The notes under the pieces were generated by a model. That model was not told the DNA's origin. It searched no databases and saw nothing but the letters and a program-made list of their open reading frames with translations. From assembly GCA_012026655.1 (NCBI GenBank), contig JAAILG010001034.1, positions 1-64,000 of the forward strand: a stretch of DNA of 64,000 bases. Reading direction: 5' to 3'. Origin of the DNA: Hydrolagus affinis (Eukaryota). Below, in pieces: positions 1 to 13,635 of the stretch (within the stretch, counting starts at the first letter, position 1; the number at the start of each line of letters is the position of its first letter). The translations under genes and the position numbers were made by a program.

Positions 1-39
1 GGAATTTTGCTGTTGTTGCTCAGTGTCCACCTCTACCAC

Positions 40-110
40 CAGCTCCTTGGGACATCCTCCCGATGTGAAAGGCGCTCTATAAATGTAATGTTGTTGTTGT
101 TATTGTTGTA
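40..110 (+). mobile_element. L2 LINE 3' terminal fragment (stem-loop plus TTG-repeat tail)
   Basis: CTTGGGACATCCTCCCGATGTGAAAGGCGCTCTATAAATGTAATGTTGTTG matches the terminus of the long L2 at ~25890. Similar tails occur at ~6964, 17537, 25470, 47560, 49064 and 55958. Confidence 0.75.
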
Positions 111-329
111 TGCAGTGTTTCAGGCTATCCTATTTGATGGGCACCAGATAAATGTAAGTTGGTATTGTTTCCTGTAGCAGTTATGTGCTAAAATGTTAAA
201 AACAGTTGTTTTTTTAAATCTTCTCTCAGCCTTGCCTACCCCCTCCCCCATTTCCATTATCATTCACACATCCTCTGGGTCTCAGACACATGTTTTCTTT
301 CCCTAATCTCTGATTATTACTTTATTTTG

Positions 330-545
330 TCTTGGACCATCAACAACTCTGCTCTCCATCATCTCCTGTCCTCCACCTAATTTTTTCCTCTGTCTTTCTT
401 TCCCAGACCCCGTCTCCATTTGTCCTTATACACTGCTCCCATCCAATATCAGTTCTGACGAAGGGTCATGGGCCCGACTCACTTTCCATTCTTCATAGAT
501 GCTGTCTGATCTGTTGAGTGTTTAAATCGACTGCTTTTATTATTT
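330..545 (+). mobile_element. Degenerate Penelope-like/hammerhead-family repeat (GAAA part of core deleted)
   Basis: AGTTCTGACGAAGGGTCATGGGCCCGACTCACTTTCC...GATGCTGTCTGATCTGTTGAG aligns with the copy at 49862-50058. Confidence 0.65.
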
Positions 546-2169
546 TTTTCCTAGTTTTCCACCCGGTCAAAATGTGTGTTATTGTAACTTTATCCACTGT
601 ACAATCCAGCCATCATTCTTTAGCTTCATTGAATTTCAGCCTCGAAAACATTTGCTCAGAGATTCCTCTGAGAGGAAACATTTCTGCGAATCGTACTGAT
701 ACGATAGAGAGGACAAACTGAAAAGTCAATGATCACCTTTTAATAGAGAGCTGGCTAGCAATTGAGGATAACACAAATCTAACCCTATGTACTCCCATGT
801 GTTATACACAACCAATCTACACTCAACATGACAAACAACAACTTCAGGAAAGCATGCTGTGTAATGCAAGAGTAAGTTTTCCTTTCCTTACAGTAATTGC
901 TGTTCTGCTTAGCGCAACTAATGAAGTTAAGGGGAGGGTGTTACATAGATTCTTATTCAATAGATGCCCTGGATTCAACCTCATATTCAATTAGTGCAAG
1001 AATACTGCGCTAACAAAAGGCTACCTTCTTTCCTGTGAGACATTTGAACTGACTCGGAAGCTGCCGACTGATTCATCCTGACACATCAGTTGCATGACTT
1101 TGGCTATGATGACACCTCGGCTGTGAGCTAAGGTCTCAGGTACAGGAGATTTCCTGAAGAAATTATATTGGTGGGACTTTTGTCACCATTTATGCTGCTC
1201 CAGTACTGTTTAGGTACCTTAGTGATAAGTTTCATTACCTAGCACCAAGAACACTAAGTGAAAAAAGTGTTAATTGAGGGACTCACTGAGGTGAAATAGA
1301 GTTTGCCCATCTCCCCCTGCTGCTACCACAGGAGGAGAGACTTGTGACCTATTTCCATTCCATCCTGGCTGCAGCTGAGGTGAAAGAAACTGCCTTAACC
1401 GAGGGGAGGTGCAAGGATATGACATTTTACTCTGGCAAAGCACAGAGGGTGGGAATGCCAACAGGAATAGAGATCATCTCTTCAACCTATTTAAAGGGAA
1501 GCCGCCCTCTTTAATGCCAAGCAAGGTTGAAAAGTTGCTCCGTGAAAGCTCTGGAGAGATGCTTTCCACAAAAAGCACAATGAACCTGCTGGCATAGTTA
1601 CAAAAAAGTTGTAAGCCACCTAATATAGTCACTCTCTGGGTGTATAAAGTGCAAATAAATCATTCATTCTGGTCCTGCAGAGTGCTGGCAAAGGCCACCA
1701 CACAGGCTGAAGATTAGGTTCCATTTTTAGATGAGATTTGACATGCTTAATGGAGTAGCTGGAATCAATAAATTATAGGAGTATAAGTGTTGTATGAGAA
1801 TTTGTTCGTATGTGGCATCTTAGCTAAAGTTTCATTTGTAAAGATTAGTTCAGGCGTATGATGAATTCCAATAAGAGTATCAGACTGTAAAAGGATTGGA
1901 AATGTTATGAAAGCATAGCTTGCCTGAAAAATAAATGTTATTTATCGAAAATAAATAAAGAGTGCTATTTCCTTGACTGATTGTTGCTATTTAGATATTT
2001 CCAGAAGCTTTCACCTGGTTTGTTCTATACTCCAATAGCCCAACAGTTAAATCCCTTGTCGTTAGGAATAATAACTTGCATTTATGTAGTACTCTTTGTG
2101 TAGGATAATATCTTGGGTGCTTTACTGTGACACTGGACACTGAGCCAGGGAGAAGGGATGAGAGGGAAT

Positions 2170-2365
2170 GGGAAGTTCACCACAGTATCTCTTGAGTTTA
2201 GAAGGTTGAAAGGCAATCTGATTGAGGTTTTCAAAATAATAAAGGGATTCGATAGGGTAGACATATGGAAACTATTTTCTCTGGTGGGGAATTCAGAACA
2301 AGGGGCATAATCTTAAAATTAGAGCTAGAGCATTCAGGAGTGAAATCAGGAGGCAGAGTTTCACC
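2170..2365 (+). mobile_element. CR1 LINE fragment (C-terminal end of ORF2)
   Basis: TTTAGAAGGTTGAAAGGCAATCTGATTGAGGTTTTCAAAATAATAAAGGGATTCGATAGGGTAGAC...AGAACAAGGGGCATAATCTTAAA encodes (RRL)xG(D)LIEVFKIIKG-D...RTRGH, the CR1 ORF2 end motif. Confidence 0.75.
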
Positions 2366-2384
2366 TTAATAATGTACAAAATGT

Positions 2385-2680
2385 AAGCATTATTATGATT
2401 ATTATAATCCTTACATTTGGAATAGCGCCTTTCATGTCGGGAGGACAAGTCAAAGGATATACAGTACTGTACAATATAATTACTGGGTGTTTGGGGAAGC
2501 AAACACAGCGGCCAATTTGGACACAGCATTATGCCATGATAAATGAACAATTTGATCTGGAGGATTGTTGGTCAGGACACCAGAAGAAACTGTCTTTTGT
2601 TTTAGAATAGTGCCAAAGATGTTTAATGTCTACCTAAACAGGCAAACAGGGCCTCAAGCTCTCATCCGAAAGACGTCACA
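2385..2680 (-). mobile_element. Older Deu-domain SINE, 5'-truncated
   Basis: L2-type tail plus degenerate Deu-core motifs (GCCAATTTG.ACACAGCA, AATAGTGCCA, AACAGGCA). Confidence 0.6.
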
Positions 2681-3895
2681 ATATTCAACAGTAACATTAT
2701 TAAACATAATGCAGTATGAGTCACATTGATATTTCTGAGACATTTTGGATCTTAGATTAATAGAATTGCACCTTAAAATAAAACTCACTATAAAATTGCT
2801 TATCCTAGTACAGTACAAGGAAGAGATTCTTTCCTAGGGTTGCCTTAGAGCACAAACTTGGTACATGAAGGGAAACCTAACATATTTATCAATAAATGGA
2901 ATGTTTCTGTTTTTAACATTCTTCTGTAAATTAGCCTTCATTAGCCTTCATAGTGAGGCTACGCTAAAACTATGGGCTCACAGATGCCTTTAGATCCAGA
3001 CACTTCCTTATGCATTTTTGGTCCCTTTGATTTTCATGCACAGAGTACAGTATATGAAACATCTTGCTGGAAGCAGTGGTTAACACAGAATCCATATCAG
3101 CTTTCAACAGTGAACTAGACAAACATGAAAACAGGAATAAACTACAGCGGTATGGGGATAGGGCAAGTAAATGGGACAGGAAGAATAGCCTTCTTATGTG
3201 CTGTAAATTTCTATGGTATTAGTATGGGTCAGTATTATAATATATTCAAGTCACCAAATTATTAGTTATTTGAGTGACAAAATGGAGTTGTGTTAGCCTT
3301 ATAGCATTCACTTCATCCTTTTTCTGTGTCAAGAGTACTTGAAACATGCATTTAGTAGCATTTCTCTAACACAGCTAATAAATCATTATGTATTTACAGT
3401 TGCCATGAATACAAGTCAAACTGTTAAATCAGAGTAAACTAATTTGGCATTTTTAACGTGTTTTCATGTATACTCTGCAATGGGATTTTGGAAATGCAGC
3501 ACATCTTCATTCAACATTCTGAATGACAATCCTAAAGGTATTCTTTTTCAGTTATTAGCTGAATTAATTACATTAATATGGGAATAGGTAGATAATGGGA
3601 ATGTTGTTTATATACAAGGCATATAATTAAGGCGCCATAGTAGAGAATGGTTGATTGATGAATGCACAATGCATTCATATAAATTGGTGGCATGGAAAGA
3701 GGGATCCTTATGGATACAACAATTTCCATTTATATAGGACCCTTCATGCAGGATAGCATCCCAGAGCACTTGATAGGAAGAAGAGAAGAGAGCTGGGCGA
3801 AAGGGATGTGTCTGGTGGTGGTTGGTAGCATGTCCCAGGGACCTGTGTTACAACTTGTATTGTGTTCTAACTTCATTAACATTTGGAACTATGCA

Positions 3896-4224
3896 TAATA
3901 ATAATGATGATGATAATAATCCTTGCATTTGATATAGCGCTTTTCACGTCTTCTACACGTCTCAAAGCGCTTCACAGAATATACCGTAAAATGAATTGAC
4001 TGTATATTTGTGGACAAAACACGGCAGCCAATTGTGCACAACAGTGTCCCACAAACAGTCATGGATTGAAAATGACCAATTTGTTATTGTTGTGTTTTTC
4101 TCTGAGGGATTATTATTAGGCATGTGGAGTAAGGAAACTTGCCCAAGGATTTTGCCCTGCCTGGAATCGAACCAAGGTCTCTTGCTTGTAAGGTGAGTGC
4201 TCTAATCACTGACCTTAGAACTCC
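3896..4224 (-). mobile_element. tRNA-derived Deu-domain SINE, short young form
   Basis: tRNA-like head with A/B boxes, core TGTGGGACACTGTTGTGCACAATTGGCTGCCG, tail AGCGCTTTGAGACGT...GTGAAAAGCGCTATATCAAATGCAAGG(ATT)n. Confidence 0.9.
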
Positions 4225-4229
4225 AAAAG

Positions 4230-4950
4230 GGGAAGAATGTCTAAATCTGATGATGATACCAGATTAAGGTGTACAGGAAACTATGAGGAAGAATGCCTGA
4301 AATGGCAAGAGAACATAGATTGTTTTTCAGAGTGGGATTCTAGGTTTTGCATTCTAGGGATATTTGAACATAAGAGTAGGGAAGAGATGTGATGTTTACA
4401 CAAGACATTGAGTAATTTGGAGTGTTGCACATAGATCTGGGTGCTCAATTAAAGAAAAATGGAAAGAAAATTAATAGAATAATCTAATAATGAGTCCTTT
4501 CAGGGAGCCAGTCTGCCACTGGACACATCTATGCTAAACCATACAGCGTACATTCACACGGATAATACCAAGGATGTTAGATCAATTTTGCCAGAGAAAG
4601 GATTTCAAATTACCAAACAGTTCAAGAGGAAGGATAGACGTTGGTTGATACATTGGTGATAATATGGTATGAATTCAATCTTCGCACGAGAAGCATTAAG
4701 GAGAGGTTAGAAGAAATATTTTCACAGAAGGTCATTAGAATATGGAACTCTTTGCTACAAATGTCTATTGAGGCTTAAGGCTATAAATCATTTGAAAGGA
4801 AATTGGATAAACATGTGAGGAGAGAAAATAACAAAATGTTTTGAGAAAAGCATGAAATTACGATTAAGAATACTTGAGTTAGTTGCATTAGGATCATTTT
4901 GTACTTGGTGGGCCAAATGGCCTATCCTGTCGTAAACATTTCCCTGATTC
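4230..4950 (+). mobile_element. Old CR1 LINE fragments
   Basis: Degenerate CR1-like motifs: GATGATACCAGATTAAGG (ADDTKLG-like), TTTTCACAGAAGGTC..TAGAATATGGAACTCTTTGC and GGGCCAAATGGCCT near the 3' end. Confidence 0.5.
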
Positions 4951-5620
4951 TGTAATAATAAGTTTACATCTCAGTAATTGTAAGATTTGTCTCTGTCGAA
5001 CCTCACTCAATTTTCTGAAGGAATATATTGTCTTCACTGCTATATTCTTTGGCAAGTGTATCAATATTAGAGAATTTAGCCAATTTGTGTTCATTATATA
5101 AATACAGACATGTGATTTGTCACATTGAGTTATAAAAGTAGCAGAAGGTGAAGCTGATGTCTGCACTCCAGGGGAACCTAGTTAAGATTCCTAAACTATG
5201 ACGTACAGAGATGTGCTACCTATTCCCAAATGGTGTCTTAGCTGATCTACTTTAAAGCATCTGAATTTTTAAACAGCGTTTCTAGGACACATTGACCAAG
5301 TAAAATCTAAATAGTGGAAATGTGCCAAGGGGCAAAAAAGTTTTTTTTATAAAAAAAAGTCTCAGTTGTTGAATGAGCTGAAACAGGCTAGAAAAACACG
5401 ATCACAGAGAGTCAGTGAATTCATGTCGGATTTTCATAGTTCTCCTGGTTAAAATGCAGCAATGATGCTTTCTGCAAATTCATTGAGTGCTACACAAGTG
5501 CAATACAAGGTCTGAACAACAATTAGCACTTGTATAGCACTTTTCATACAGGAAGAATGTCGCAAAGTACTTACAAAGTCTGAGCTAGGGGTAGATATAA
5601 GGAATGGTGGGGTGCAATAT

Positions 5621-5937
5621 GATGATAATAATAATCCTTGCATTTGATATAGCGCTTTTCATGTCTCCTAGATGTCTCAAAGCGCTTCACAGAATATACT
5701 ATAAAGTGAATTCACTGGATATTTGTGGACGAAACGTGGCAGCCAATTGTGCACAGTAGTGTTCCACAAACAGTCGTGGATTGAAATGACCAATTTTTTT
5801 TTTTTTTTTTGAAAGGATTATTATTAGGCGCGTGGAGTAAGGAAACTTGCCCAAGGTTTCGCCCTGACCTGCCTGGATTCGAACACAGCTCTCACGCTTG
5901 TAAGGCGAGTGCTCTAACCACTGAGCTACAGGACTCC
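5621..5937 (-). mobile_element. tRNA-derived Deu-domain SINE, short young form, near-intact
   Basis: Minus strand reads GGAGTCCTGTAGCTCAGTGGTTAGAGCACTCGCCTTACAAGCGTGAGAGCTGTGTTCGAATCC (A box TAGCTCAGTGG, B box GTTCGAATCC), followed by Deu core and L2-type tail. Confidence 0.92.
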
Positions 5938-7315
5938 ACAGCCAAAAAGTGTAGCCAAAGAGCTGGATCATAGATGGGTTTAACAAGCAGTGAGGAAGGG
6001 GTGAGGTGGATGAATTTTCAGAAGAGTTCCAGATCAGGGGGCAAGTGGGGGAAGTGGGCAGGGTGTCTGATTTGGTGATGTGAAGGGACTGCCTAGTGAG
6101 TTGGGTGCTAGGAGAACCCAGACTTGGTGTCTGAGTTTCTGAGTAAAAATTTGATGATGGTCAACTTGTTTTCTAATGAAGTCAGGAAAGGAAACTAGAT
6201 ATCTATTTTGGGGTGGGGTCCGTCATGTGGCTGACTGCAGCTTATTCAGCTGTATCATCATTTGCAAAATCTCTATATAATCTAGGGAGTTAAAGATGGT
6301 AATACAATCCTGGGTTGTCACTAATTGCAAAATCAAACTCAAAATTCTCTGTTTGTCTTGCTGTACTTTAATGCAGGTACCAACAAATTTGATCATTTTG
6401 GCTTTTCTATCTAATAAGTATGAAGATGAGCAAGTTTGGGAAACGGATAGCTCTTCCCAGCCACTCACAGTGATCACACAAGTTTGCAGTGTCATATTTT
6501 AGTATTTCAAGTGAATTTGAAATGTGGTTCCAAAATTCGGCCGATTCAGGCTTTTGTGAAAATGTAAAGATTTCCAACTGAGCTTCGAAACAACAAGTGC
6601 TTTGCATGCAACACCTTTCACATAACAGAACAGAAAAAATAACCTGGCATCATCTCAGATATAAACAACACTCATAAATCACTAATAAGGCAGACAATCA
6701 AGAAAAATTTACAACAGCGACAACAACAATTAAAAGCAATTAAAATTAAGGCAACAATGCTTTCTTAACATGAACTTGAAAATTGTCCTTCACATTTTAC
6801 AACTATTCTACACCTTTTGGCTAAGATTTTATCTTTCAAAGAGGTTTCAGCTTCTGCCAAATGCAAAACAATATCTGTCTGTAAGTCATTTTAAACAGAG
6901 CAGATATTGAACAAGGCTACACCATTTTGGGATGATCTCTTGTTCAGAGTATGGTGAAGTTATCAACAACAACAACAACAACAAATTACATTTATAGAGC
7001 GCCTTTCACGTCGGGAGGACGTCCCAGTTATCCTATATTGAAAGCATTACTTGGTAAACTCCTGCTGTCAAATTTTGGAATGAGGTACCTTCAAAGGTTT
7101 TTTGAATAAAGTATGCAAATGTAAGGATCGCGTGTGCACTTTGGAAGGAGATAAAAGTCCTATTTTCCAAGGGATTACAATCTGGTACCTAAATTCAAAG
7201 AAAGAATATTAATGCAGTCAGCGCAAAATGTGTAAAACATGGAGATATATACTGGGATTCCTTTCGTATTGATTCCATCATAAATGGCACTTCTTCTGTC
7301 AACTGGAAGTGCACC

Positions 7316-7319
7316 ATAA

Positions 7320-7350
<31 letters not shown>

Positions 7351-7640
7351 CCTTGCATTTAAATGCATTTTTCATGGCTTCCAGACGTCTCAAAGCGCTT
7401 CACAGAATATACTGTAAAGTGAATTGACTCTACATTTGTGAGCAAAACGCAGCAGCCAATTCTGCACAGCAGTTTCCCACAAACAGTCGTGGATTGAAAT
7501 AACCAATTAATTATTGCTTTTTGTTTGAGGGATTGTTATTTGGCATGTAGAGTAAGGAAACTTGCCCAAGGTTTCATCTTGCCTGGAATTGAACCCAGGT
7601 TTCTCGCTTGCAAGGCGAGTGCTCTAACCACTGAGCTGCA
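7316..7640 (-). mobile_element. tRNA-derived Deu-domain SINE, short form (TGC-loop variant)
   Basis: Same family; head has CCTTGCAAG and the copy has a long (TAA)n tail. Confidence 0.9.
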
Positions 7641-9019
7641 GTGATGCTATGTCAAAACTCTTCTCTGGAAGTCAAATCAGAGTTCCTGTATGTTGGTGTG
7701 ACATACTTGTGGCTGAACATGTGTTGGCAATACTTAAGGGACCTAGTAAATGAGTACTAAGATAAGCCTAGTTAATCAAGGACAGTCAGCATGGATTTGT
7801 GAAACATGGATAGTGCTTGAACAACTTAATAGAGTTCTTTGAAACCATCATGGCAAGTATAGATCAGGGCAAGTGCCATTCCAAGTCCTGCCAACTTGGT
7901 TACCTCCCTCCCATGGAGGAGAGTGACTATGCATACAATGTTACCCAGCAGTTCACTATAACATGGTAACACGTGTGGTGATTTGTAATTGGATCCGTAA
8001 ATAGCAACTCCTGCTGCTAACGATTGTCATACCGACCCACGGGAATCCCACTCCAACATGCTCAGAAGTGCTCTGTGTGGCTTGTGTGGATCTTGTGGCA
8101 TTACTGATGTTTGTCACTTAGAATTATAAATCGCCATATTATAGATCCTAAGGTCTGCATGTACATAACCACGAGCAATGCAGCAGATTTCACTGCTGAC
8201 TGATATTTTATAAAGTGCATCACTTCCATTTGTCATGTACACCTATGTTGTATGTTCACCTATAAAATACACAGTCACTTCTACAGTACAGTATATCCTG
8301 TGAAATCCTTTGAGGCCATCTCCTGATGTGAAAAGTACTATTTCAATTGTAAGAATCATTTTTTTTTATACTTTCAGACCGTCCAGCTTTTCCCCCCTAA
8401 GCTTCCTCTGCTCTTGCCTGCTGCACAGTCTGAACAGGCAAGCTATATTTATCAACGTTTTAAAATATTCATAGCCACTTAACGTTGCTGTTCAAGTGCC
8501 TTATCATTTTTAGAGGACTGTAAAAATGTTCAGCATATAACACAGAGGCAGCACCAAGCATACATCTGATTCATAGCAAGGAAAAATCATCAAAGCAATA
8601 CTATATTGTAAGATATGTTTAAAGTACTGAGACATAAATGAAGGTACTTTATAGGGGAATGCATGATGTGGTACATCATTTTCAATGCTATAAAACGGGA
8701 TCTCTGCACAGTTAGTGGTGTTTCTCAGTTCTCATGTATAGTGTTAACAAGTGGTCCAAGCAACCTGGGAGCCACACATTTCAGATACCACTTGTCCCAA
8801 CCCTGAAATCATGGAATGCAGCGTCATTGTCACCATCATCTTCACAGAGTTGAGCAAAACTTGCCCTGAGTTAAGATTGAATTTAACAACATTCCACAAT
8901 TCTGGGTGATCTTAACTTTACTTGGTCTTAAGGGTAAGATCATGAGAACTGCAGACCTTAGGTGTGTGAGCACTGGAAATCTTAACCGTGCAAAGCACTT
9001 TGAGATGTCCTCCTGCCAT

Positions 9020-9345
9020 GCAGCAACCAATTGCGGACAGCAATGTTCCTCAAACAGCCATGGAGTGAGTAACCAATTTTGGGGGGATTGTTAGCCAGGA
9101 CACCGGGGGGGAAAAAAAGTCATTTTTCAAATAGTGCCATGGGACCTTTAACATCCATCTGAACAGGCAGATGGGACCTCGGACCTTTAATGTCTCATCA
9201 GAAGTATCCATCTCCGACAATGCAACCCACAGCACTGCATTCAAGTGTCAGCTTTGACTGTGTGATTTCAAGTCCAGATGTTGGATTTGAACAAACAACC
9301 TTCTGACTCAGAGGTGAGAGTGTTACCACTGCACCAGGATGACAC
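9020..9345 (-). mobile_element. Older full-length-type Deu-SINE (SacSINE1/AmnSINE-like)
   Basis: Head GTGTCA.CCTGG...CACTCTCACCTCTGAGTCAGAAGGTTG; Deu domain CCCATCTGCCTGTTCAGATGGATGTTAAAGGTCCCATGGCACTATTTGAA. Confidence 0.8.
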
Positions 9346-11009
9346 ACGACAATTTACACAATCACAACAATCGCAACACTTTACCGAAAACTGAAGTGCT
9401 TTGAGACATATTTACATCAGATATTTTATGAAATCCAAGGATCTCTTTATCTCTCTGTAACATACTGGCAAAGGCAATGATTGGTAATATTCTTTGAGTG
9501 AAGGGAACGTGGATGAGCTGCATTCTTCTCATATATTCCATATTGAAGACTGTGGAGTGCATGTGAATATCTGTCTATTTGTGTGCGTGTCCCAGCACTG
9601 GATTCAACTCCCACTCACACCACTCTCTGACCGCTCCACTCATTTTACTTCATGTTCCATTACAAACTGCAGAGAGCAGTACCTCTCTCCTGCTGTAACA
9701 TCCCATTGGCCCAAACGGGATAAAAGTAACAAGGATTTATTTATAAAATCATGTGCTCTTAATACAAAAAGGACCTTAACAAACAAGTAAAACTTCCCTA
9801 GGGACAAAAGATCAAAAAGACTCCCCACCTCCCCCACCCCCCACCGTTCAGTATAGGTCCTTGTGAATTGTCAATGCAAACAGTTTGGTCATCTGTGCCC
9901 AGAGCTAATCCTGCTCAGTGGATTAACACTGGAGATCCAGCTCCATATTTCAGTTCCACTCCATGGTGCGATGGGAGCATTAGCTTCTCTCTGCCAACCC
10001 TCCTGCAGTTTTCCTGAGAAATAACAGACTAAACTAGAGTTGTCTGCAGTGATGACCTATTTTGCGATCACTGTGCTGTACGTCTGTCTGCTGCATTTAA
10101 ATCAGTGTCAACGAAATGCCACCAGAATGGTTGTATGCTCACATATCTTTTCCCATCTGCTATCCTCTCACTGTGTGCAGACTCTCCGATTGAATGGGTA
10201 GGCTTGAATATATTTTACGGTGGCTGCACAAGCCCCACCAATATGGCACGGTTCAGCAGGGCACACAGTGGTAGATGCATCCCAGTTGCTGGCTGAACGC
10301 CATTCCATGATGTCTGACCATCAGTTACAGCCTAAGGCAAAAAAGCGAGCGTTTTGTGTGAAGTATGGCTCTGTGCAACTCTTGCATCAATTAGTAGAAC
10401 TCATCTACACTAATTCTTTCAGCTCTTCGCAGAGTGAACACAACCTTCATTTCCTCTTTACAGCACATTAAAATGTGCGGCTGTCGGACATGGGCCATTA
10501 ACTCGAACACTATTAGAAACGGACATTTAGAATTCACAGTGGAAGCTGGAGGGTGTAAATAGTTGCATTTGAAATAGATCACTTCACTGGACACAGCAAC
10601 CTTTTGCAATAAAGGGGTCTTAAATGTGGGATTTGAAAGAAGATTTTGAAATTAAGGAATAAGGAAATCCATCTGGCCAACTTGAGCAAACTCCCTGTGA
10701 TACTATTTCGTTCAGAGTGAAGTTTCTCTCAGTCGGTGTGATGGGTCCAAAGCTCTTTCTGGTCCAGAAGGAATAACCACTTGGATTCCTTCAGGCGTGA
10801 AAGACATAATCTTGTCCTTCTAATTGCTAATTTAAAATTTTCCGTTACCTACATAATATACAGTCACCACACTGTAGTAAATCCTCTGAAGTGATCTGAG
10901 ATATCCTCTCTTTGTGAAAATGCTGCAATCAAATGCAAGGATTGTTAGTATTATTTAACAATTTGATAACCTATTCTCTACCCCAGATCCAAGTTCTATT
11001 TATGATAAA

Positions 11010-11415
11010 ATAATGACAACCCTTACATTTGATATACTGTAGTACTTTTCACATTCGGAGGATGCCTTAAAGCAGTTTACAGGACATACTGTAAAGTATA
11101 GGGGCTGTGTATTTTGGGAGGCGATCACACAGCCAACAGCAGTGTCCTACAAACTAGTTTTATCTGGAGGATTGTTGGCAAGGACACCAGGAGAAATTTC
11201 CTTTTATTTCCAATTAGTGCCACAGAATTATTAATATCCATCTGAACAGACAAGACTTAACACCTAATCTGAAAGACGCCATTTTCAAAATTGTAGCACA
11301 CCCCAGCAGGGGACTGGAATGACAGACTATAGAGGTACAAAGTCCCAAAGTGCGGTTTGATCCCATTACCTTCTGAATCAGAGTCAAGAGTGCAACCAAA
11401 TGAGGCAGGCTAACA
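11010..11415 (-). mobile_element. Older full-length-type Deu-SINE
   Basis: Aligns along its length to 9020-9345 and includes the tail. Confidence 0.7.
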
Positions 11416-12424
11416 GAATTCTCGGGCCCTATATTTCTCACTCTGAAAGGCTTGAGGAAGGTTGGTGAAGGAAATGGAGAAATGTCACGATGGTACAGCT
11501 GAGATGTTCCGCTGAGGTTGGGGTTGCGAAACATTCTTGGGACAGACTAAAATGAGCTTGTAATTCCAGCACCTTCGGACGTCCTGCTGACATGAAAGGT
11601 GCTATACAAGTGTGCTTTTGTGGTTGTTGAATCTAAAGATGTCCCTGACTTGGAAGTGTTTGATACCATTGACAAGTGGTGCCCAGAAAGGAAAGCATTC
11701 TATTCCCCTATGTGTTTAATGTAGCATTTTATCACTTTGGCGAAAAGTCTGAAAACACTTCAAAGGATTTCACTATGAGTAGTGACCATGTACTTGTACG
11801 AGAAAGTGGCAGCAACGTACAAACATCAATGTCTCACAAACAACCAGGAAACGTATAACCAATGTTATTTTGGGTCACGGTTGTCCCTATTCCCTAGAGT
11901 GTTATTCCCCAGAACTAAACAAGCACAAGATTCACCGGAGGGAAAATGAAAATAATTACCATGATTAAATTGAGCAGAATCGTAACTGCTGGTCGCTCTG
12001 GTTGCTGCAGATATAAGTGTATAAGTAACCACCAACTCAGACTATAGCCAGATGGTTGTGTGTTCAGCCACAACAAATCGCAGGATCATTCTGTCATTAT
12101 TTCCTTCAGGCAGGGTTGAGAACGACCAAGCCCCAGTGATCTCATCGAGTTGTTAAAATGGTATTTCTGACTATATCCAGAATCGTTCACAGAAATGCCC
12201 AGGCTTAGTCAGGTTGTGTTAAAAAAAATTACAGATAGCCTCAGTCATCTAGTGCTGGTGTAATTGACTCAACTTACTTCAATGACACCCTCTGTTTAAA
12301 GCAAAGGGTTCCTGTATTGAGACTTATTGTTCTGACTATTTGGGCTCTCAGTCAGCTACTTGAAGTGCTTTGACACATCCTAGTGAAAGGCACTGTGTAA
12401 ATGTAAAATTATTGCTGGTTTCTG

Positions 12425-13635
12425 CTCAAATCTCTCCCCTCACTCCCTACTCAAGCCACTCCCGTCCGGTTTCTGCCTTTCATTGTACAAAGGTGGCACT
12501 TGTCAAGGTCACAAATGATGACTTCTCTCTCTGTGATCAGAGTTTCCTTTGTCTCCTCAATGTCCTGGATTACTCCACTGCGTTCGACAGATGACCAAGT
12601 CATCTTCCCCCATCTCCTCTCCTGCCTCATCCACCTCAGCAGGATCCTGGTTACCCCAGGACTCCGTCCTTTGTCCATTCCTCTTCCTCATTGGCATACT
12701 CCCACTTGGTGATACCATCTGCAAACACGGGTAAACTTCCACATATATGTCAGTGACACCCAAATCTTCTTCTCCTCCTCCAGTTGTGACTCCAGTTCAA
12801 CCAATGTTTTCTTGGCTTGTCTAATCGACAAGGCCTGGATGATCGAAAACTTAATACAATTCAATGTTGACAAGACAGAAGCAATACTCATTGACTTCCA
12901 TCGACTTCTTTTGTCTTGTGGCTCTGACCTCCTCAATCTTCCAGGCCTATCCCTTGGACTCACCATAACCACTGCACAACCTAGGCATCAGGTAGACACA
13001 CAGATGTCCTTCCTTCCCCACATCCGGTCCCTGACAAGGACCGCTTTCCTCCGCCACTTTGCGCCTTTGAATGTACCTTACTCCAGATGCAGTAGAAACC
13101 CTCGTTGATCACCTCTCGCCTCAACTTTTCAAATACCCTCCTCACCAGACACCTCAGCTCCACCATGCACAATATCCAGCTGATCCCAAACTCCACCAGC
13201 TTCATACTCAACCGTACTAAACTCCATCACATCACTTCTAGCCAGGCTCCACGCGCTCCTTATCGCTGAACGGAATGATTTCAAGATCCTCACACTTGTG
13301 GTCAAATCCCTTCATGCCCTGGCATCTCGCTACCTCTCCGACCTACTTACACCCCAACCCACTTCCTGCTGCCTCTGCTCGACTGACTCCAGCCTGCTGC
13401 ATGTCTCTCATCCCGTCCGTTCACGCTACATGCCAAAACTCTGGAAAACTCTTTCTCTATCCCTGAATTTCCCCTTCCTTCCCCATCTTCAGATCACACC
13501 TGAAGTCCATCCTCTCTGACTGTGACAATAGTCACCTCGACCTTCCCCCAGCTCGACGTTGTGTCCCACCACTGTCAAGGACGCTGAGACCCTACGCTAT
13601 CTGAGTAACGATGGAAGCCTATATAAATGCAAGCC
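12425..13635 (+). mobile_element. Decayed L2 LINE, 3' part of ORF2 plus 3' UTR
   Basis: Frameshifted RT motifs TKVALVKVTND..LLNVLDYSTAFD, PQDSVLCP (GVPQGSVLGP-like), YVSDTQ (YADDTQ-like) and WMIENLIQFNVDKTEAILI. Confidence 0.85.

Noticed and set aside
1025-1153. Possible 129-nt minus-strand cassette exon (ttcttcag|GAAATC...AGAAG|gtagcc)
   Set aside because: Does not resemble GABBR2 exon 3 (LSFAATTP...). In the phase-0 frame required it stops after 5 codons, and the donor is weak. No support without RNA data.
5865-5937. tRNA gene (Val-TAC-like, or Ala-TGC-like in other copies)
   Set aside because: No paired acceptor stem or terminator; it runs directly into the SINE body and recurs ~17 times, so it is a SINE head.
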